A DNA stretch of 64,000 nt, taken from assembly GCA_965637545.1 (NCBI GenBank), contig OZ281501.1, positions 17,794,001-17,858,000 of the forward strand, read 5' to 3'. The DNA comes from Phallusia mammillata. Taxonomy: Eukaryota. The notes beneath the pieces are model-generated. The model was given only the letters and a program-made list of their open reading frames with translations. It had not been told where the DNA came from and did not search any database. Made by a program: the position numbers and the translations under genes. Shown piece by piece: positions 11,849 to 23,800 of the stretch (position 1 is its first letter; each line of letters opens with the position of its first letter).

Positions 11849-14800
11849 CTATGTAGTAGTTTTTTCGCCGCTCCTTATGCTATTAACTGTTGGTTTAAAG
11901 CGCGACAAGTATGCTTTGCAGCTCGCGCAGTACTTAGCACTAGGTGGTACCTTCACCAAACCACATAGTTCACATTCGTGATCGCCACCACTTCCGCTGG
12001 AAGGCGCGCCAGAGACCGGTTTACCGCCGCTGGGAACCGCACCTAAGGTTTAAAGAGGTTTTGTTGCAATTGGTTTGTTTTTCTTAACAGCCTTACGTTT
12101 ATCCAGAACAGAATGCGCAAGCGTTTGTTTATATTTATTAGTTTATTGATTTTTTGATCTATCTTTCCGAAAGTTAATGCTTTTGTGAAAAATTTTTTTG
12201 CAATTATCACCGAAATTTAAAAAAATCAGTAACAAAAATAAAAATAAAGAAAACCATTAACTTAAGACACTAGAAAATAACATTATTCATCACTAAACAA
12301 AGCCACATACACATTGGTAAAATTCCTTTCATAAAAAAATGATCGTGGAAAAAAAACATTTGTCAAGAAATTTTTCAAGAAAATACTGCACTTACCCGAA
12401 TTGTTGGCCACGCCCGCTGGGGGTTCCCCTCTTCTTGACCTGTTTGCGAAATCATGAATGAGTTTCGACCTGAACTCTGGGGGAATACCCGGTCCTGGAG
12501 CACGTTTCTTGGCTTCGTCCGCCCATTTCATCATTCCCTGCACAAACAATCCACAAATTCGTTAAACCAAGGGTTCTCAACTGGTCCATGATGACTTTTT
12601 GGGTGCTCCACAGGACGTTACTTATATTTGATCAATAATAAAACTGCGTTAAAGGTTAAAAACACAAAAAGGTGGCAGTTTTGGAGACTTAGATAAGAGA
12701 ACAAGTTTTTTAAATCTTATTTGCTGCATATTTGGCATAAAAATTGCCTAAAATGAATTTTGTTTGGTTTGAAAGGTATATTAGAAGTTCACGGTGTAAC
12801 CTAACTTTTATGATTTGTCAAAAGTTGAAAACAAAAACAAGATGAGTATATCTGAAAATTTGTTCAGTAATAGTGAATGGAGCACCAAATTGTACCAATT
12901 ATCTTATAAAATAATAAAAATATACTTTCATATCACTGATGATCGCATGAGCATTTGCCGAAACGCATGAACAATAAAGCATGTCGCCTTTTACGTATAT
13001 TTAAGCCGTTATTTGCATTATTAAACTTATAAACAGATCCTCATATAGTGTTCCAAATAATATTTTCAGTTTCAAAATCTTAACCCACCTCTCGTGTACT
13101 TCTGTTTATTTCCGGGTTTTGTAATTTTGTGTGAGAAGATGAAGAAGATTGAGGATTAGGATGATTTTGTTGATGATGATGTTTTGGATCTTGATCCGGC
13201 CTCCGACCCGGGAACCCCGAATTGGGGGGCTGAGGTGGACTAGTGGTGCCCGGACGCTGGGGGCCGTACTTCGAGTTGGGGCGGGATTCTGATGATACAG
13301 GATCCATGTTTAGGATTAAATACTGCTATTAGAATTACTAAAAAGTTAAGACATTTACAAACATAGTCAAGGTCAAGTACTCTGGTAAACACGGCCTATT
13401 TTCCATTTTTTTGGTAATGTTTCACATGGGGTTAAACAATACACACACATTGTTGAAGGTTAAAATTTATCATTTTCGGCAAAGATTAGGGTGGTAAGTA
13501 CGTTTGTGCAACGGTTTGTATACAGTACCTAAGTCGCAGGTATTTATTTTATTTTTATTTTTTGAATCCCACTTATACAAAATTTAGCAGTAAGAAAAGA
13601 AAATCAGCTTAGGAAAGAAATTTTTGACTAAAAAGAATATTTGGTAAAAGTGAAATATTGCCATGATTATACAAATATATATCAGAAGTACTTCACTCAA
13701 ACTTACCGACAGGAGGACGTCTGGACGGCATACGAGCTGAACGATTTAACGAGTCTCTTTGCGGCCTGAAAGTGGAAACAAAAACTGTTGCCGAAAATTT
13801 GGCATAGTCAAATAAAGCAATCATTAGCAACCCAAGTCCATTCCAACGGCACACTCACATATAAATCACAATATAGCTCCCATATGGGAATGCTTTGTGA
13901 TCGGTTGATTTGGTATAACGCCTGCAATCCCAGCGTACCACGATTTAGAGTTTGGACCATATTTATTAGGGATGGGCCAAAACTGGAAATGCTCGGCTTG
14001 GTCGAGCACCGAGCATCTCACGTTAATAGGGTCCCTAGGTCTCTTACGTCACTGTAAATGGGCATGAATATGCAAATTAAATGCTCGGGCCACTTCGTGC
14101 AACTGCTCGGCCAAGCACCGAGCATTAAAAACAGCGACGCTCGGTACCGAGTACTCGGGTTCTGGCTCGGCTCGGCTCGGCCCAGTGTTTTTTAAGGTGT
14201 TTTGGGGGACTTAAAACTACTCAGCGGTCACCCAAACCAAACCTTAAAAAAAACCTGGCCCTCGGCCCATCCCTAATATTTATAATCATAGTGAAAAATA
14301 CGATTTCGAAAACATAAGAATATTAACCTTGTGTCGGGTTCGGATTTTCCGACCGGCTTCGGTTTATTGGCTTCGTAAATGTTCGTATTATTTCGGTTTG
14401 GATCGGGAATTTTGTCGATGGAGTTGGTGAAGTTGCGAAGATTCTTGCCGAGTTGGATCTTAAGGTTTTCGAGATAAGCAGCTTTCATGGTGGACGGTGC
14501 AGTCATCGGTGATGAGACTGGAAAAATCTGCACAAAGAATAGTTTGGGTGAATTTTGCTTGTAGAAAATACAAGTGTTTTTTGTGTATTGGCAAATACAT
14601 TATTTGCGCACTCAAAATGTCGTAATGCACAGTAAAAATGCCGGTTTGTATACACTGTTTTGAGATGACAACAGCGAGTGTTGAAACGTCTATATTTAAA
14701 CGTATTATTGAATCTTTTAGCGATTTGTGACAATGGAGTCTAATTTTATGTCTAGTATCCGCTTAAAAAACGTTTATAGTTCAAAAACACAAAATAAAAA

Positions 14801-17800
14801 CAATGTCTTGGTTTGTTCCAGAAGTTCGCTTAAGCTGCTAAACGGTTTTCGGCATGTGCGAAAAAATGAAAATCCAAAGCAAAAGGGAGATAGGGGTCGT
14901 AAAAAAGTATAAATGGTACCTGAACTGTTAACTTGATTCGCAAAATATTGCGAGAAATTAACAGCTTTGAATGAAACAAACGCATCCCGCTGGTGCGATA
15001 ATGCAGCAAAGCTTCGCCATTAGTAGCAGCCTTAAGCGATTATATTGATTTGTATATTTCGCCGTGAAGTCCTCAGGCAATACCACACACAACTTAATAA
15101 TACACAATCTATCGATCAATACGCGCAGCACAAACACAAAACAAATACCACAGAGTACGTGAGAAACCGTTGCGCCTAAACAAAGGTTTCAAAAAATATT
15201 ACTGCCAAAATTGACGAGACTTCAAATGAATACAATTTATTGCAAATGTTTTAACAATGGCTGTTAATGTAATCAGTAGAAAGTTGCCTTTTTAGCTGAC
15301 TTGGTACTGTCACTATATCATCACACCAAATTAAGTGAATAGTTTTATGCACTGTGCTCTATAAACAGGATTTTGTGTTAAGGTTAAGGCGGTGGGTCCC
15401 AATCTTTTTCCACAAAATATCCCTTTACGATTTAAAACATTTTTATTCCTTCCCAATAGACTACATAGTAGATGCTAAACCATACAAAGATCATTTAAAA
15501 TCGGGTATTTTATCAACTTCACAGGTTATATTCCCAAACTCAAGGTGTCGATTTACAAACTACATGTAAAAATTAAAGTAAATTCCTTCTCAAGTTGTAA
15601 AATTTTTACCCGGTTGGGACCACTGGTTTAATGTTTCAGGATTCACTAACTACATAGCATACCTGAGGTTGATTAGCCATGGGCATCGCAGAAAGCACTT
15701 TCTTCTGCTCAGGAGTCAGCGAGTTGTAATACTGCCACATTTCATACATGTATGGGTAGTAGGTGGGTGAAAACATGGCAGGGTTATACGGCATAGACAT
15801 CATAGCATTATTCTGCTGCTGCCACGCTGGATACGCGAATGGGATTCCCATAGCAGAAGACGGACGTTCAGCTGTTGGGCTCTCAGTATCACTGTTCGAC
15901 TTATTGCTTCTCCTCCTAGGTGGCGCAACAGGGCCGTTTTCGGTGAGATCCTCGCTCTTTTGCGAATCTGAACTGGTACCACCGCTGTACGCTGACTTGG
16001 GTCTTTGTCTCTGGTCGTTAACAGGTCCTCGTTGTGTGTGACGTAATCGCATTAGTTCTTTGTTGCTCATCGGAGTGGGAGTCTTCGATCTTCGGTGCTG
16101 ACTTATCGGGACGACATCATTCCCCGCTTGTGGAGTAGGAGTCCTTGATCGGAAGCGATGTGAAGGATTTAAAGTCATAGTCTTCATATTGTCTTCAATC
16201 TCCCTGTCAACAGATCCGGATGAAGACTTCTTATTTATTGTTGCATCTCGGGGATGCGGGCCACGGAGGTTTGATTCCGAAACCATCCTCCTGGGATTCC
16301 TATCCTCTGGAGGAGCACGGACATTGGGAGAAGACACATTAGGAGTCATTGTTCCCTGAGAAGGAGGACGGCGTCTTCCTTTCACCTCTGCAGCATCCTC
16401 TTCATCCTCTGGTCTCTTCCACACGAAGATCTTGGTCCTCTCCTGGGAAGTTTCTCCTCCAGGATCGGAAGAGTTCGAAGGAGCCGGTGATTGTGACCGC
16501 TTGATGTCGCTCACGTTCGAGCTATTATTATTGTTGGCGTTTGACACAACCGGTGGTTGCTTAGGAACGAGACCGACAGGAGGTCTGTATTCGGGATGGC
16601 TTCGCAGTTGGTTGCGATTTTCGTAAATCTGGTTCACCTTTGACACAGTAATATAGAAGTTAAATGGATGATTGTCTATTAAGTCTCTACATGCATGGAA
16701 AGTCAAAACGAAATGTTTTGTCCTGTTTTGAAAACTAACCATGCGAAAAAGTGGCTTGGATTCGCTTGCAGGCAATCCAAAGCATAAAGATAAAATAAAT
16801 TTGTTTACAGTTTTTGTGTATTATACACAAAAAAATTCATTTCAGTTCAATGATTTAACTTGAAACCGTAAGATTCGAATCCCTAAGATGGGTAATAATG
16901 TGATTTTTTTATTCCTTTTCAAATCAGAGGGCCCAAAAATTCCACCCGAGCTTACGTCATACATCAAAATCTGCTAGTCACGTGCAAGTATAACGTCATC
17001 ACCTGATGTTGTAGACTTGTGACGCCGGGTTTATCGAAGTTGATCAAGTTTTGATCATCTTTCGTTTCCATCTCTTTCACCAAATCCACTTTCCCATCTT
17101 CGTATTCGACAGATGCCGGCACGCTATTGGTCGCCTGAGTCATGTGACGGTCGGCTTCGGTCATGCTTGAACGATCGCCGACAACTTCTTGATCACGTGC
17201 CTTCATTCGAATGTTTTTGCGCCGTTGCAAAATGCGCGCTTTTGGAAAAAAATTATAAAATGGTGATGCAATAGTGGAACTGTATAGTAAAAACCAGGGA
17301 CCAACTTACATAACTTCTAATTTTTGTGACATTTTTAGTTGTAACACTTGGGATTCAGCCGCGTCGCACCGTCTCACTAAATTTTATGAGATCAGCGAAC
17401 CGTTTAGCATTACTGGTTACAGTCAATGGGCTTTTTGTAACAGAACCGGCTGAAACATATGACTTTTGTGATAGAATCGGCTGACAAAAAATTTGAATCC
17501 CACCACTGGTTAATACTACACAACACTTGCACTTGTTACCGGTACAGTGATGTCACACACGGGATGACGCCACATATTTTGTACACACTGACGTCAGACA
17601 TTAGTATGGTAACGCCACACAAATTGTATACACCCTTATCCAGTGCAAACAATGACATACACAACTTTATGTGAATACTGTAGCTTTTAAACAACTATAT
17701 GTTGGCAAATATCGTTGGGTTGAGTTTATTTCACTAGGTAAGAAAAACACATAGCATGCAATTCTACTAAAAAAAGCTGGAAATAGCCGCGCAATGTTAA

Positions 17801-20800
17801 AATGTTAAGGGCTGCAAAAAGTAGGGGCCATTTGATAAATAAAGGTTAAGCATGCTGCAGCTATACCTTTGTTGTAACTTTAAACTTTTGTTTGAATGAT
17901 TTTTACAGCAGACCACTTACTACTAAATTTTTCACAAAAAAACAAAGTTTACAAAAATGCATTGGAATATACACAGAGTTTAACCAAGAATTGCTCTTCC
18001 AGCAGTTTTTATAATAAATAACCGACGTTTCGACGTCCTATACAAGACGCCTTCATCGGGATAATAGCAAATCTTGCAAAAATAAAATACACAGAGTTTA
18101 TAAACAATATTTACCTTTATTAACACATTCGCCATGTTTAATCCTGGCTCGAAGCATGCATTGTGTGGGGACATCCTGCATGAGTAGAACAGTTTCAATC
18201 AACTTTGTGGCTTCGAGGCAAAGCTGAAGAGCAGTGGAGTAATCCATGCGTGTGTCAGCAAGTCGACTTTGCTCAAATCGATCCTCGGCGTCACGAAGAA
18301 GCAAAACAGCTTTTTCTAAAATCAAAAACGAGAGTTTGTTACATTTGTTGACAGAAATCATTTTAGCAAAATTGTGCAAATGCTGAATTTTTGTAAGTCG
18401 GAAAAACAATTTTTGGCTTTGAATTAATTTGTCCATTTGCAGAAGCTAATTATTCTTTTCTCCATAACAGAATTTTAATATGCCAACATATTTTGAACGC
18501 AGAATTTTTTACGCTGATTTTGGGACTTTTACAACAACAGAATTGTATTCAACATTTAAAGCATACAAAACATATTGCATTACAAAAATGATGAAAATCT
18601 TTTGGCAAAATTTACAGAACTTGACGTATGTGGTTTAAACACTTTCAAGGCACATAATCACATTTGCGGCATACAGTTTGCAAATGACAAATCAAAACAG
18701 GCAAACTATGATGTATGAGAAATTATCATTCACCCTTACAAACACATCATGCCACACCACAACATGCAAAAAACAAAATTCTGCGGCAAATTTTGAAATG
18801 GAAAATATTTGCAGCAAACATCAAAAAATTTTTAGGTAGGTATATGATGATTTTCTTAGATTAACGTAACTTCAAAATGTGGTCAATTGCTTTGGCAAAT
18901 GGTCATTCCACATTTCAACCATGTTTTAAATACTGAGTAATACATTTGCCTTTGTAGACAATTATTTACAACATTACATTGAATTACAGTGAAACAAAAT
19001 ACCTTTAGGCGATGATATAGGCGATGAAGTGACATTTTCACCTTGCTTACTGACCACAGGTAAACTTGATGTAGCTTGTAGCAACTTTATTTGCGACTTA
19101 ATCAAATGAGAAAATTGTTTCACATTATTGGGGTAAGATGGGGGTTTAATTGGGGCTGAGGGACTAGTAGGGCTTAGGGGTTTACTTAAAAATGGGGGTT
19201 TAGGGGGCAAGGCGGGTTTCGGTTTTGTTTTTGGAGGTTTTCGATTATTAGGTGTTTGATTGGATGCATGCGAGCCTCCTGAAAAACATGCAAAAAAACT
19301 CAGTAAGCCATGCAAGCAGCAACACAAACCCATGCAAGTGTGAGGTACCGTTCTGTACGGGGTCAGTTGGTTGTTCGGTTTTACTTTGTACTGCTTCTGG
19401 AGGATTCAGTTCAGGTTTTGTTGCTTGTTGAGGACGCTCGGCTAATGAAGGCACTGAAAATATATACATAATTTCTTTAAACCGAAATTTCTAAAATGTA
19501 AAATGTTGGCTTCATTCATTCAAAAATTACAGTTTAAGGATGGAATATTTTTTATTGCAATCATTTTGCAAAGCTTTCTGCACAATTATCGGATTAAACA
19601 TTTTTTTCAACAAATGATAGTTTTATGATACCTATACTGAAGAAATACAATATTGTTACCAGATCAGTGGTTCTCAACCAGGACCTATGGTGTGTGCATG
19701 GATGTAGGTTCACTATAAACATTGCCAAAAAATTAGTGAGCCATTTTCATTTTTATAAAGCTCAAAATTAAGTGTGTGTTGCAAATGATTTAATTCCCTA
19801 ATTTTATTGACTATTTCCCAAACTACTTGTCCATATTGAGGTTTATTTTTAGCAAAAAATTATCCAGACAGATCATGGACTTTACGATTAAGTTGAGTTT
19901 GATACATGTATGTTTTGGTACGAGGCCTCAGGTCTTACAAGGTTTCCCATGGGAGGTCATGATGCCTAAAAGTTACTTTTAGGGGGCCACGGTGCATGAA
20001 AGGTTGAGAACCACTGCACTAAATACTGCTACATCTGTATATCATACCAGGAGAAGGAACAGTTGGTCTCGAAGCAATGCTTTCTGCATGTGAACTGGCT
20101 AATGACACAGTTCCGATACTGCTAGCAGAGGTTTGTGATGTACGACGTAGTTTCGAGACAGGAGATTGGCGATCAGTTTTGTCAACTGAATTTCGGCTTG
20201 CAACATGCTGCATTGGGGGTGTTTGGTGGGGGGTCGAATTTGCTGATGAACTTGCATCCGATTGTCTGCTTGTTATCGCAAATGATGCCATGCCCTGAGA
20301 TTCAACAGCAACAACTGAAACATCTTTTGTTTGTTGTTGCAGTGGGCTTTGTGAAGGTGGCAAAGGATTGGCTTCCACTTTTGGTCGTTGAATGTAAACC
20401 TAAAATATAAAGTGCATAGATTTATGACTGTCTTATGAAGTACAGTCTTTAGTTTGTTTGGAGAGATTTTAATCAAGTTACAAGTGCCACAAAAATCAGT
20501 TTTGTACTACACTATGAAAAATGACAAAATTTCTGAACGAAGTGATATTATTAAATATGGGCAGTATTTTTTGTAAGTTTATAGTAGAGACTTAATTGCT
20601 GGATTAGACATTGGCACAAGAAATATCAAGCACAAAACAATTTAACAAGGCCAACAGAAGCTTGTTCAAAAGTTATATATTTGTGTTTTTTTATAACATA
20701 TGCTTTGGAAACACGCGAAATTTGTGCGTTTCACTGAGCTATCACAAAACATTTTTTAAACCAAAAGATTCATCCGCAGCTTTTAAATTTGAAAAGGTTG

Positions 20801-23800
20801 GTGGACTTTTTTCAAACTTCCGAGTTTTGCCAAACCGAAGTTAACCAATACTGTATCACTATTAGGTAACTACTAACCTTTTTCCCCTGTGGATATGGTT
20901 TATACTTGGTCCACGTTGCAGGTTGTGGTTCCACGTAATGTCCGACCTTTACCCCAGTGTTCTGAGTTTTTTCTGAAGCCATTTTCCACTGAAACATCGG
21001 CTTTTTAGGCTGAACTTCAACAGGTGCTGCTTCAGAAGTTGCAGGTTTTCGAACTCGAACCACTTGCTCTGGTTGAATTGGGTTTGGCAAAGCTACTGGC
21101 AAGGGTTTAGGGGCTGACAAAACTGGGGTTGGTTTTGGGGCTGGTGGTGATTTTCCAATAGAAACAGGTTTTGGGTCTGTCCAAAAAGATCAAAGTTTTA
21201 GTTTAATTTGGCAACAGTAAAAATTTACAGTTTCTTTGAAGAAAAGATAAGTTTTTTTTAATACATGCTTTTTTTAATAGTTCTTTGTTATAATAGTGGA
21301 ATAAAAGAAAGAGCATTTATAGCAGAAACTGCCTAAAAGCACAGCCACAAAATTTAAAGCATTAGAAACTGCAATGTTTAAACCACATGATGGTTGGCTT
21401 TTCAGTCCAATTTGTAATTTTAAATTTCAAAAGATGCTTGTTGACATGTTTTATGCCCATCATCATCGTAAAACATGTTTCTCAATAGATATTTGAAATC
21501 TGATTCATCACCCAAGGTCTATAAGGCTGTGTGGATGATGAGGTAAGACACGACACATGACATTGATAAACAGAGCAGACTACACAAGAGCAAATATCAC
21601 ACATGACTGTATGTCAACATATAGGCAAAGCAAATATTACGTACCTGATTTAACAGCCGATTTCTTTCCATGTGATTTTTCAACTGGTCTAGTTGAGGCT
21701 TGGTGGGGTTGTACAATATGTTGGGGAGGTTTTGATTCTGGTTTGCTACGAGCGGGAGGAGCCGTTGGGATTGACGTCGCTTGCATTGATTCAGTACCGG
21801 AGTTTTCTTCTTCCGCAAAACTTGCTGAGTCGCTGCTCAAGGAATCCACTTCTGCAAGTCATGGTACAAGCTTTACGTGAAATACATATTTTAAACAGAG
21901 AATTATAATTTCCAAGCATGCCTTGTTATAAACCACAAAGTTATGCCCTATAATGTAACACTTACTCATACTTCATTGAATTATGTGTCAGTGTAAGGGT
22001 ATTCAGCATTAAACAAATTAACAAACAGAATGTATTGTCAAAGCAATATGTGCTCAAAGTATTTTTTACCTGAAAAATCAAATACATTTTACTGATCCTC
22101 AGAAATATTTTTTCTGTTCTATGAAGTAACACCTCAAAAGTATACATCAGACATAATAAAACTATTTATAACACCAGGTATTCAATCGAAAGTACAAATT
22201 TTACTGTAGTCACCTTTAACCGGTGGAATATTGGAGGCATAGTCATAACCTCCATTCAATTGATCCATATAGCCAGGTAACATAGTAATGTCCTTTGGTG
22301 CTGTAGCATTGCTTATGGTGGTGGCATTAGGATTGGCATAGAGGAGTAGCAGGGGTTGGTGGTGTCCCTTGATGCATTTGTCCACTACATTTATCCAACG
22401 CTTGCCAACCTGTAGAAGCCGAACAAATCTTTAACAATTTGTGAAGGTAATGTTTTCATCTTTGTTTGTATTTGCAAATGCAATATTCTTTGCAAACATA
22501 AAATAGAGGCAGTAATAACTTAAATCACTAAGTAAATAATAAAATTTAATCCACATATAAGATACAACCATATTATATATGAGGCCAAGAAAATGGGAAG
22601 GTTGCAATTTAAAAAATAAACTTGAAACGGAGTTATAGAATCAGTGATTCTGTTTTGACCAAGAAATTTATCGTCTATTGGTTTTACTGTTATATGAATG
22701 AAAAGGCAAACAGTTATCGTCAGTTTAAGCACTGCTGTTGGTGGTTTTGAGTCATTATTAAAACTGTCATTTTGAAACAAAATGGGAATGTCATTAAGAC
22801 GCTACCTTACCAAATCACAAAATTATAATATACAATGTAGTTACCAATAAACTCCACCCAGAATGTCAACAGAACATGCCCTGCTACCAAAAATTAAATA
22901 AAAACAAAGTAAAAATGGTTTTCAGAAATTTCTTACTAGAAGTAGGTAAATCACAGTACGCCAGGCCCATTGAAGGCGCTATACCGAATCAGCCGGTCAC
23001 CAAGCATTCACCACCATATGGCAAGGCGTAGGCTAGAAAAATCTAGCCTGCGGTGGGATTCGAACCCACGACAGGAGTCTTTCCGGGACTCGCGCTCTAC
23101 CAACTGAGCTACACAGGCTCAGTGGAGAATCCGCCGAAAGTTAGGTAATTTAGAAAATATGAACAAATGTTTTGCTCACAGATTCAATTCAGTTTTGAAG
23201 TCAATCAAATCAACAAGAAACCAAATACATGTCATGATGTCACAAAACAATGGTAGAGTTGCATTCAGAATGTTTAAAAGATTTTAAAAGAGAACTAATT
23301 TACAACCAGGCTGCAGCATAAAATGACAACCATACTACACAAACTAGGTTTATAGATGCTGCTGAAACACTAACAGTGCAGAAAAACTGTTGAAAACAAT
23401 AACAACTTATCGTTGCAGAGACCACTTACCTCAGATACTTGAGCGTCATCGAAATAAACCCACTTTCGAAGCTTTGTGTGGAAGAAGAAGGTTGAGTAAT
23501 GTTTTCCGTAGTAACATACCATCCCAACGAGATATAGTTCCATCTGACTTGCACGTTCATCAACCACAGTATGAAATAACTGAACAAAATCAATTATTGC
23601 ATATTACAGTTCTGAAAACTGACAACCATAAGCAAATAAAAGCAGAGACATTAACATTGCATTGTGTAAAACAGAAATAATTACAGGTTGTAAAAAACAT
23701 GTTTAAAAAAATGCTACATTAGTAAAAAACAAATTTCTGCTGATATATATACAGGGTTGCCGTCGACATGAAACCAAAAATAAGGACAACCGAAAAATTA

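Noticed and set aside
15763-16626. Plus-strand ORFs 15763-16041 and 16432-16626 (also 20077-20410, 21557-21908)
   Set aside because: Antisense shadows of GC-richer USP54 exons; no independent splice signals or motifs.
15636-16775. 379-aa ORF as a stand-alone gene
   Set aside because: It is USP54 exon 15 (15663-16637) with intronic read-through on both sides.
23046-23118. Genuine tRNA-Ser(GGA) gene
   Set aside because: C at position 33, short variable arm, an anticodon eukaryotes normally avoid, and continuation into a repeated body point to a SINE head.
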